Source of the DNA: Pristiophorus japonicus
Taxonomy: Eukaryota
Length of the DNA: 64,000 bases
Assembly (NCBI RefSeq): GCF_044704955.1
Contig: NC_091995.1
Location: 53,506,001 to 53,570,000, forward strand
Direction: 5' to 3'
Below are positions 53,101 to 64,000 of the stretch, one piece after another (the stretch's first letter is position 1; each line of letters starts with the position of its first letter). A program made the position numbers and the translations under genes. The notes beneath the pieces were generated by a model that saw only the letters and a program-made list of their open reading frames with translations, searched no databases and was not told the origin of the DNA.

Positions 53101-56100
53101 AGAGAGTGGAGAGCATCAGTTCAAACTGTCACAGGACAGAGAGTGGAGAGCACCAGTTCCAACTGTCACAGGACAGAGAGTGGAGAGCCCCAGTTCAAAC
53201 TGTCACAGGACAGAGAGTGGAGAGCATCAGTTCAAACTGTCACAGGACAGAGAGTGGAGAGCACCAGTTCCAACTGTCACAGGACAGAGAGTGGAGAGCA
53301 CCAGTTCAAACTGTCACAGGACAGAGAGTGGAGAGCACCAGTTCCAACTGTCACAGGACAGAGAGTGGAGAGCACCAGTTCAAACTGTCACAGGACAGAG
53401 AGTGGAGAGCACCAGTTCCAACTGTCACAGGACAGAGAGTGGAGAGCACCAGTTCAAACTGTCACAGGACAGAGAGTGGAGAGCACCAGTTCCAACTGTC
53501 ACAGGACAGAGAGTGGAGAGCACCAGTTCAAACTGTCACAGGACAGAGAGTGGAGAGCACCATTTCAAACTGTCACAGGACAGAGAGTGGAGAGCACCAG
53601 TTCCAACTGTCACAGGACAGAGAGTGGGGAGCAACAGTTCCCACTGTCACAGGACGGGAGAGTGTAGAGCACCAGTTCAAACTGTCACAGGACAGAGAGT
53701 GGAGAGCACCAGTTCAAACTGTCACTGGACAGTGAGTGGAGAGCACCATTTCCAACTGTCACAGGACAGAGAGTGGAGAGCACCAGTTCAAACTGTCACA
53801 GGACAGAGAGTGGAGAGCACCAGTTCAAACTGTCACAGGAGAGAGAGTGGAGAGCACCAGTTCAAACTGTCACAGGAGAGAGAGAGGAGAGCACCAGTTC
53901 CAATTGTCACAGGACAGAGAGTGGAGAGCACCAGTTCAAACTGTCACAGGACAGAGAGTGGAGAGCACCAGTTCCAACTGTCACCGGACGGGAGAGTGGA
54001 GAGCACCAGTTCAAACTGTCACAGGACAGAGAGTGGAGAGCACCATTTCAAACTGTCACAGGACAGAGAGTGGAGAGCACCAGTTCCAACTGTCACAGGA
54101 CAGAGAGTGGGGAGCACCAGTTCCCACTGTCACAGGACGGGAGAGTGGAGAGCACCAGTTCAAACTGTCACAGGACAGAGAGTGGAGAGCACCAGTTCAA
54201 ACTGTCACTGGACAGTGAGTGGAGAGCACCAGTTCCAACTGTCACAGGACAGAGAGTGGAGAGCACCAGTTCAAACTGTCACAGGACAGAGAGTGGAGAG
54301 CACCAGTTCAAACTGTCACAGGAGAGAGAGTGGAGAGCACCAGTTCAAACTGTCACAGGAGAGAGAGTGGAGAGCACCAGTTCAAACTGTCACAGGACAG
54401 AGCGTGGAGAGCACCAGTTCCAACTGTCACAGGACGGGAGAGTGGAGAGCACCAGTTCAAACTGTCACAGGACAGAGAGTGGAGAGCACCAGTTCCAACT
54501 ATCACAGGACAGAGAGTGGAGAGCACCAGTTCAAACTGTCACAGGACAGAGAGTGGAGAGCACCAGTTCCAACTGTCACAGGACAGAGAGTGGAGAGCAC
54601 CAGTTCAAACTGTCACAGGACAGAGAGTGGAGAGCACCAGTTCCAACTGTCACAGGACAGAGAGTGGAGAGCACCAGTTCAAACTGTCACAGGACAGAGA
54701 GTGGAGAGCACCAGTTCAAACTGTCACAGGACAGTGAGTGGAGAGCACCAGTTCCAACTGTCACAGGACGGGAGAGTGGAGAGCACCAGTTCACACTGTC
54801 ACAGGACAGAGAGTGGGGAGCACCAGTTCCAACTGTCACAGGACAGAGAGTGGAGAGCACCAGTTCAAACTGTCACAGGACAGAGAGTGGAGAGCACCAG
54901 TTCCAACTGTCACAGGACAGAGAGTGGAGAGCACCAGTTCCAACTGTCACAGGACAGAGAGTGGAGAGCACCAGTTCAAACTGTCACAGGACAGAGAGTG
55001 GAGAGCACCAGTTCAAACTGTCACAGGACAGAGAGTGGAGAGCACCAGTTCCAACTGTCACAGGACAGAGAGTGGAGAGCACCAGTTCAAACTGTCACAG
55101 TACAGAGAGTGGAGAGCACCAGTTCAAACTGTCACAGGACAGAGCGTTGTGAGCACCAGTTCCAACTGTCACAGGACGGGAGAGTGGAGAGCACCAGTTC
55201 AAACTGTCACAGGAGAGAGAGTGGAGAGCACCAGTTCCAACTGTCACAGGACAGAGAGTGGAGAGCATATGTTCAAACTGTCACAGGACAGAGAGTGGAG
55301 AGCACCAGTTCCAACTGTCACAGGACAGAGAGTGCAGAGCACCAGTTCCAACTGTCACAGGACAGAGAGTGGAGAGCATCAGTTTCAACTGTCACAGGAC
55401 AGAGAGTGGAGAGCACCAGTTCCAACTGTCACAGGACAGAGAGTGGAGAGCACCAGTTCAAACTGTCACAGGACAGAGAGTGGAGAGCACCAGTTCAAAC
55501 TGTCACAGGACAGAGAGTGGAGAGCACCAGTTCACACTGTCACAGGACAGAGAGTGGAGAGCACCAGTTCAAACTGTCACAGGACAGTGAGTGGAGAGCA
55601 CCAGTTCCAACTGTCACAGGACGGGAGAGTGGAGAGCACCAGTTCACACTGTCACAGGACAGAGAGTGGGGAGCACCAGTTCCAACTGTCACAGGACGGG
55701 AGAGTGGAGAGCACCAGTTCACACTGTCACAGGACAGAGAGTGGAGAGCACCAGTTCCAACTGTCACAGGACAGAGAGTGGAGAGCACCAGTTCAAACTG
55801 TCACAGGACAGAGAGTGGAGAGCACCAGTTCAAACTGTCACAGGACAGTGAGTGGAGAGCACCAGTTCCAACTGTCACAGGACGGGAGAGTGGAGAGCAC
55901 CAGTTCACACTGTCACAGGACAGAGAGTGGGGAGCACCAGTTCCAACTGTCACAGGACAGAGTGTGGAGAGCACCAGTTCAAACTGTCACAGGACAGAGA
56001 GTGGAGAGCACCAGTTCAAACTGTCACAGGACAGAGAGTGGAGAGCACCAGTTCCAACTGTCACAGGACAGAGAGTGGAGAGCACCAGTTCCAACTGTCA

Positions 56101-59100
56101 CAGGACAGAGAGTGGAGAGCACCAGTTCAAACTGTCACAGGACAGAGAGTGGACAGCACCAGTTCCAACTGTCACAGGACAGAGAGTGGAGAGCACCAGT
56201 TCAAACTGTCACAGGACAGAGAATGGAGAGCACCAGTTCCAACTGTCACCGGACGGGAGAGTGGAGAGCACCAGTTCAAACTGTCACAGGACAGAGAGTG
56301 GAGAGCACCATTTCAAACTGTCACAGGACAGAGAGTGGGGAGCACCAGTTCCCACTGTCACAGGACGGGAGAGTGGAGAGCACCAGTTCAAACTGTCACA
56401 GGACAGAGAGTGGAGAGCATCAGTACAAACTGTCACAGGACAGTGAGTGGAGAGCACCAGTTCCAACTGTCACAGGACAGAGAGTGGAGAGCACCAGTTC
56501 AAACTGTCACAGGACAGAGAGTGGAGAGCACCAGTTCAAACTGTCACAGGAGAGAGAGTGGAGAGCACCAGTTCAAACTGTCACAGGAGAGAGAGTGGAG
56601 AGCACCAGTTCAAACTGTCACAGGACAGAGCGTGGAGAGCACCAGTTCCAACTGTCACAGGACGGGAGAGTGGAGAGCACCAGTTCAAACTGTCACAGGA
56701 CAGAGAGTGGAGAGCACCAGTTCTAACTGTCACAGGACAGAGAGTGGAGAGCACCAGTTCCAACTGTCACAGGACAGAGAGTGGAGAGCACCAGTTCCAA
56801 CTGTCACAGGACAGAGAGTGGAGAGCACCAGTTCCAACTGTCACAGGACAGAGAGTGGAGAGCACCAGTTCAAACTGTCACAGGACAGAGAGTGGAGAGC
56901 ACCAGTTCAAACTGTCACAGGAGAGAGAGTGGAGAGCACCAGTTCAAACTGTCACAGGAGAGAGAGTGGAGAGCACTAGTTCAAACTGTCACAGGACAGA
57001 GCGTGGAGAGCACCAGTTCCAACTGTCACAGGACAGAGAGTGGAGAGCACCAGTTCCAACTGTCACAGGACAGAGAGTGGAGAGCACCAGTTCAAACTGT
57101 CACATGACAGAGAGTGGAGAGCACCAGTTCCAACTGTCACAGGACAGAGAGTGGAGAGCACCAGTTCCAACTGTCACAGGACAGAGAGTGGAGAGCACCA
57201 GTTCAAACTGTCACAGGACAGAGAGTGGAGAGCACCAGTTCCAACTGTCACAGGACAGAGAGTGGAGAGCACCAGTTCCAACTGTCACAGGACAGAGAGT
57301 GGAGAGCACCAGTTCAAACTGTCACAGGACAGAGAGTGGAGAGCACCAGTTCCAACTGTCACAGGACAGAGAGTGGAGAGCACCAGTTCAAACTGTCACA
57401 GGACAGAGAGTGGAGAGCACCAGTTCCAACTGTCACAGGACAGAGAGTGGAGAGCACCAGTTCAAACTGTCACAGGACAGAGAGTGGAGAGCACCAGTTC
57501 AAACTGTCACAGGACAGAGAGTGGAGAGCACCAGTTCCAACTGTCACAGGACAGAGAGTGGAGAGCACCAGTTCAAACTGTCACAGGACAGAGAGTGGAG
57601 AGCACCAGTTCCAACTGTCACCGGACGGGAGAGTGGAGAGCACCAGTTCAAACTGTCACAGGACAGAGAGTGGAGAGCACCATTTCAAACTGTCACAGGA
57701 CAGAGAGTGGAGAGCACCAGTTCCAACTGTCACAGGACAGAGAGTGGGGAGCACCAGTTCCCACTGTCACAGGACGGGAGAGTGGAGAGCACCAGTTCAA
57801 ACTGTCACAGGACAGAGAATGGAGAGCACCAGTTCAAACTGTCACTGGACAGTGAGTGGAGAGCACCAGTTCCAACTGTCACAGGACAGAGAGTGGAGAG
57901 CACCAGTTCAAACTGTCACAGGACAGAGAGTGGAGAGCACCAGTTCAAACTATCACAGGAGAGAGAGTGGAGAGCACCAGTTCAAACTGTCACAGGAGAG
58001 AGAGTGGAGAGCACCAGTTCAAACTGTCACAGGACAGAGCGTGGAGAGCACCAGTTCCAACTGTCACAGGACGGGAGAGTGGAGAGCACCAGTTCAAACT
58101 GTCACAGGACAGAGAGTGGAGAGCACCAGTTCCAACTGTCACAGGACAGAGAGTGGAGAGCACCAGTTCAAACTGTCACAGGACAGAGAGTGGAGAGCAC
58201 CAGTTCCAACTGTCACAGGACAGAGAGTGGAGAGCACCAGTTCAAACTGTCACAGGACAGAGAGTGGAGAGCACCAGTTCCAACTGTCACAGGACAGAGA
58301 GTGGAGAGCACCAGTTCAAACTGTCACAGGACAGAGAGTGGAGAGCACCAGTTCAAACTGTCACAGGACAGTGAGTGGAGAGCACCAGTTCCAACTGTCA
58401 CAGGACGGGAGAGTGGAGAGCACCAGTTCACACTGTCACAGGACAGAGAGTGGGGAGCACCAGTTCCAACTGTCACAGGACAGAGAGTGGACAGCACCAG
58501 TTCCAACTGTCACAGGACAGAGAGTGGAGAGCACCAGTTCAAACTGTCACAGGACAGAGAATGGAGAGCACCAGTTCCAACTGTCACCGGACGGGAGAGT
58601 GGAGAGCACCAGTTCAAACTGTCACAGGACAGAGAGTGGAGAGCACCATTTCAAACTGTCACAGGACAGAGAGTGGGGAGCACCAGTTCCCACTGTCACA
58701 GGACGGGAGAGTGGAGAGCACCAGTTCAAACTGTCACAGGACAGAGAGTGGAGAGCACCAGTACAAACTGTCACAGGACAGTGAGTGGAGAGCACCAGTT
58801 CCAACTGTCACAGGACAGAGAGTGGAGAGCACCAGTTCAAACTGTCACAGGACAGAGAGTGGAGAGCACCAGTTCAAACTGTCACAGGAGAGAGAGTGGA
58901 GAGCACCAGTTCAAACTGTCACAGGAGAGAGAGTGGAGAGCACCAGTTCAAACTGTCACAGGACAGAGCGTGGAGAGCACCAGTTCCAACTGTCACAGGA
59001 CGGGAGAGTGGAGAGCACCAGTTCAAACTGTCACAGGACAGAGAGTGGAGAGCACCAGTTCAAACTGTCACAGGACAGAGAGTGGAGAGCACCAGTTCCA

Positions 59101-62100
59101 ACTGTCACAGGACAGAGAGTGGAGAGCACCAGTTCCAACTGTCACAGGACAGAGAGTGGAGAGCACCAGTTCCAACTGTCACAGGACAGAGAGTGGAGAG
59201 CACCAGTTCAAACTGTCACAGGACAGAGAGTGGAGAGCACCAGTTCAAACTGTCACAGGAGAGAGAGTGGAGAGCACCAGTTCAAACTGTCACAGGAGAG
59301 AGAGTGGAGAGCACTAGTTCAAACTGTCACAGGACAGAGCGTGGAGAGCACCAGTTCCAACTGTCACAGGACAGAGAGTGGAGAGCACCAGTTCCAACTG
59401 TCACAGGACAGAGAGTGGAGAGCACCAGTTCAAACTGTCACAGGACAGAGAGTGGAGAGCACCAGTTCCAACTGTCACAGGACAGAGAGTGGAGAGCACC
59501 AGTTCCAACTGTCACAGGACAGAGAGTGGAGAGCACCAGTTCAAACTGTCACAGGACAGAGAGTGGAGAGCACCAGTTCCAACTGTCACAGGACAGAGAG
59601 TGGAGAGCACCAGTTCAAACTGTCACAGGACAGAGAGTGGAGAGCACCAGTTCCAACTGTCACAGGACAGAGAGTGGAGAGCACCAGTTCAAACTGTCAC
59701 AGGACAGAGAGTGGAGAGCACCAGTTCAAACTGTCACAGGACAGAGAGTGGAGAGCACCAGTTCCAACTGTCACAGGACAGAGAGTGGAGAGCACCAGTT
59801 CAAACTGTCACAGGACAGAGAGTGGAGAGCACCAGTTCCAACTGTCACCGGACGGGAGAGTGGAGAGCACCAGTTCAAACTGTCACAGGACAGAGAGTGG
59901 AGAGCACCATTTCAAACTGTCACAGGACAGAGAGTGGAGAGCACCAGTTCCAACTGTCACAGGACAGAGAGTGGGGAGCACCAGTTCCCACTGTCACAGG
60001 ACGGGAGAGTGGAGAGCACCAGTTCAAACTGTCACAGGACAGAGAATGGAGAGCACCAGTTCAAACTGTCACTGGACAGTGAGTGGAGAGCACCAGTTCC
60101 AACTGTCACAGGACAGAGAGTGGAGAGCACCAGTTCAAACTGTCACAGGACAGAGAGTGGAGAGCACCAGTTCAAACTATCACAGGAGAGAGAGTGGAGA
60201 GCACCAGTTCAAACTGTCACAGGAGAGAGAGTGGAGAGCACCAGTTCAAACTGTCACAGGACAGAGCGTGGAGAGCACCAGTTCCAACTGTCACAGGACG
60301 GGAGAGTGGAGAGCACCAGTTCAAACTGTCACAGGACAGAGAGTGGAGAGCACCAGTTCCAACTGTCACAGGACAGAGAGTGGAGAGCACCAGTTCAAAC
60401 TGTCACAGGACAGAGAGTGGAGAGCACCAGTTCCAACTGTCACAGGACAGAGAGTGGAGAGCACCAGTTCAAACTGTCACAGGACAGAGAGTGGAGAGCA
60501 CCAGTTCCAACTGTCACAGGACAGAGAGTGGAGAGCACCAGTTCAAACTGTCACAGGACAGAGAGTGGAGAGCACCAGTTCAAACTGTCACAGGACAGTG
60601 AGTGGAGAGCACCAGTTCCAACTGTCACAGGACGGGAGAGTGGAGAGCACCAGTTCACACTGTCACAGGACAGAGAGTGGGGAGCACCAGTTCCAACTGT
60701 CACAGGACAGAGAGTGGAGAGCACCAGTTCAAACTGTCACAGGACAGAGAGTGGAGAGCACCAGTTCCAACTGTCACAGGACAGAGAGTGGAGAGCACCA
60801 GTTCCAACTGTCACAGGACAGAGAGTGGAGAGCACCAGTTCAAACTGTCACAGGACAGAGAGTGGAGAGCACCAGTTCAAACTGTCACAGGACAGAGAGT
60901 GGAGAGCACCAGTTCCAACTGTCACAGGACAGAGAGTGGAGAGCACCAGTTCAAACTGTCACAGGACAGAGAGTGGAGAGCACCAGTTCAAACTGTCACA
61001 GGACAGAGCGTTGTGAGCACCAGTTCCAACTGTCACAGGACGGGAGAGTGGAGAGCACCAGTTCAAACTGTCACAGGACAGAGAGTGGAGAGCACCAGTT
61101 CCAACTGTCACAGGACAGAGAGTGGAGAGCACCAGTTCAAACTGTCACAGGACAGAGAGTGGAGAGCACCAGTTCCAACTGTCACAGGACAGAGAGTGGA
61201 GTGCACCAGTTCCAACTGTCACAGGACAGAGAGTGGAGAGCATCAGTTTCAACTGTCACAGGACAGAGAGTGGAGAGCACCAGTTCAAACTGTCACAGGA
61301 CAGAGAGTGGAGAGCACCAGTTCCAACTGTCACAGGACAGAGAGTGGAGAGCACCAGTTCAAACTGTCACAGGACAGAGAGTGGAGAGCACCAGTTCAAA
61401 CTGTCACAGGACAGTGAGTGGAGAGCACCAGTTCCAACTGTCACAGGACGGGAGAGTGGAGAGCACCAGTTCACACTGTCACAGGACAGAGAGTGGGGAG
61501 CACCAGTTCCAACTGTCACAGGACAGAGTGTGGAGAGCACCAGTTCAAACTGTCACAGGACAGAGAGTGGAGAGCACCAGTTCAAACTGTCACAGGACAG
61601 AGAGTGGAGAGCACCAGTTCCAACTGTCACAGGACAGAGAGTGGACAGCACCAGTTCAAACTGTCACAGGACAGAGCGTGGAGAGCACCAGTTCAAACTG
61701 TCACAGGACAGTGAGTGGAGAGCACCAGTTCAAACTGTCACAGGACAGAGAGTGGAGAGCACCAGTTCAAACTGTCACAGGACAGAGAGTGGAGAGCACC
61801 AGTTCCAACTGTCACAGGACAGAGAGTGGAGAGCACCAGTTCAAACTGTCACAGGACAGAGAGTGGACAGCACCAGTTCCAACTGTCACAGGACAGAGAG
61901 TGGAGAGCACCAGTTCAAACTGTCACAGGACAGAGAATGGAGAGCACCAGTTCCAACTGTCACAGGACAGAGAGTGGAGAGCACCAGTTCAAACTGTCAC
62001 AGGACAGAGAGTGGAGAGCACCAGTTCAAACTGTCACAGGACAGAGAGTGGAGAGCACCAGTTCAAACTGTCACAGGACAGAGAGTGGAGAGCACCAGTT

Positions 62101-64000
62101 CCAACTGTCACAGGACAGAGAGTGGAGAGCACCAGTTCCAACTGTCACAGGACAGAGAGTGGAGAGCACCAGTTCAAACTGTCACAGGACAGAGAGTGGA
62201 GAGCACCAGTTCCAACTGTCACAGGACAGAGAGTGGAGAGCACCAGTTCAAACTGTCACAGGACAGTGAGTGGAGAGCACCAGTTCCAACTGTCACAGGA
62301 CGGGAGAGTGGAGAGCACCAGTTCACACTGTCACAGGACAGAGAGTGGGGAGCAGCAGTTCCAACTGTCACAGGACAGAGAGTGGAGAGCACCAGTTCAA
62401 ACTGTCACAGGACAGAGAGTGGAGAGCACCAGTTCCAACTGTCACAGGACAGAGAGTGGAGAGCACCAGTTCCAACTGTCACAGGACAGAGAGTGGAGAG
62501 CACCAGTTCAAACTGTCACAGGACAGAGCGTGGAGAGCACCAGTTCAAACTGTCACAGGACAGAGAGTGGAGAGCACCATTTCAAACTGTCACAGGACAG
62601 AGAGTGGAGAGCACCAGTTCCAACTGTCACAGGACAGAGAGTGGGGAGCACCAGTTCCCACTGTCACAGGACGGGAGAGTGGAGAGCACCAGTTCAAACT
62701 GTCACAGGACAGAGAATGGAGAGCACCAGTTCAAACTGTCACTGGACAGTGAGTGGAGAGCACCAGTTCCAACTGTCACAGGACAGAGAGTGGAGAGCAC
62801 CAGTTCAAACTGTCACAGGACAGAGAGTGGAGAGCACCAGTTCAAACTATCACAGGATAGAGAGTGGAGAGCACCAGTTCAAACTGTCACAGGAGAGAGA
62901 GTGGAGAGCACCAGTTCAAACTGTCACAGGACAGAGCGTGGAGAGCACCAGTTCCAACTGTCACAGGACGGGAGAGTGGAGAGCACCAGTTCAAACTGTC
63001 ACAGGACAGAGAGTGGAGAGCACCAGTTCCAACTGTCACAGGACAGAGAGTGGAGAGCACCAGTTCAAACTGTCACAGGACAGAGAGTGGAGAGCACCAG
63101 TTCCAACTGTCACAGGACAGAGAGTGGAGAGCACCAGTTCAAACTGTCACAGGACAGAGAGTGGAGAGCACCAGTTCCAACTGTCACAGGACAGAGAGTG
63201 GAGAGCACCAGTTCAAACTGTCACAGGACAGAGAGTGGAGAGCACCAGTTCAAACTGTCACAGGACAGTGAGTGGAGAGCACCAGTTCCAACTGTCACAG
63301 GACGGGAGAGTGGAGAGCACCAGTTCACACTGTCACAGGACAGAGAGTGGGGAGCACCAGTTCCAACTGTCACAGGACAGAGAGTGGACAGCACCAGTTC
63401 CAACTGTCACAGGACAGAGAGTGGAGAGCACCAGTTCAAACTGTCACAGGACAGAGAATGGAGAGCACCAGTTCCAACTGTCACCGGACGGGAGAGTGGA
63501 GAGCACCAGTTCAAACTGTCACAGGACAGAGAGTGGAGAGCACCATTTCAAACTGTCACAGGACAGAGAGTGGGGAGCACCAGTTCCCACTGTCACAGGA
63601 CGGGAGAGTGGAGAGCACCAGTTCAAACTGTCACAGGACAGAGAGTGGAGAGCACCAGTACAAACTGTCACAGGACAGTGAGTGGAGAGCACCAGTTCCA
63701 ACTGTCACAGGACAGAGAGTGGAGAGCACCAGTTCAAACTGTCACAGGACAGAGAGTGGAGAGCACCAGTTCAAACTGTCACAGGAGAGAGAGTGGAGAG
63801 CACCAGTTCAAACTGTCACAGGAGAGAGAGTGGAGAGCACCAGTTCAAACTGTCACAGGACAGAGCGTGGAGAGCACCAGTTCCAACTGTCACAGGACGG
63901 GAGAGTGGAGAGCACCATTTCAAACTGTCACAGGACAGAGAGTGGAGAGCACCAGTTCAAACTGTCACAGGACAGAGAGTGGAGAGCACCAGTTCCAACT
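20107..64000. repeat. 37-bp satellite DNA array, ~1,190 monomers, continuing past the window end
   Basis: Monomer ACAGGACAGAGAGTGGAGAGCACCAGTTC(A/C)AACTGTC repeated head-to-tail with no visible interruption; minor 38-bp (GGACGGGAGAG) and shorter variants. Confidence 0.99.

Noticed and set aside
19903-63681. Very long + strand ORFs (up to 2111 aa) of ESTSSNCHRT/EHQFKLSQD/WRAPVQTVTG repeats
   Set aside because: The 37-bp monomer lacks + strand stop codons and is not a multiple of 3, so all three frames give the same cyclic peptide. Indels and stops occur freely, with no sign of coding constraint.
20107-64000. CRISPR array (37-bp repeats with a dyad)
   Set aside because: Repeats are head-to-tail with no unique spacers, there are no cas genes, and the context is vertebrate.
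20107-64000. RAG recombination signal-like CACAGGA in every monomer
   Set aside because: The heptamer is imperfect, there is no ACAAAAACC-like nonamer at 12 or 23 bp, and no V/D/J segments are present.

Overview
Eukaryotic vertebrate DNA, most likely a cartilaginous fish (inferred from the CR1/L2/RTE/Deu-SINE repeat content and the MHC sequence style). Positions 1-14.6 kb hold a spliced, highly divergent non-classical MHC class I-like gene on the + strand that the ORF track shows only in fragments. Its exons are alpha1 123-371, alpha2 5942-6214 (GC-AG donor), alpha3 7981-8256, TM 13396-13522 and tail/3'UTR from 13632; the leader exon lies upstream of the window. The gene lacks most peptide-anchoring and several beta2m-contact residues and has three extra alpha2 cysteines. 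An in-frame TAG at the end of the TM segment leaves a GPI-signal-like C-terminus, although an intact cytoplasmic-tail frame follows. Introns and flank contain CR1, L2 and RTE LINE pieces, SINEs, a MITE-like element, minisatellites and a decayed Gypsy LTR element. After a 200-N gap, 20107-64000 is a 37-bp satellite (~1,190 monomers) with nested higher-order duplications; its long ORFs are artefacts.
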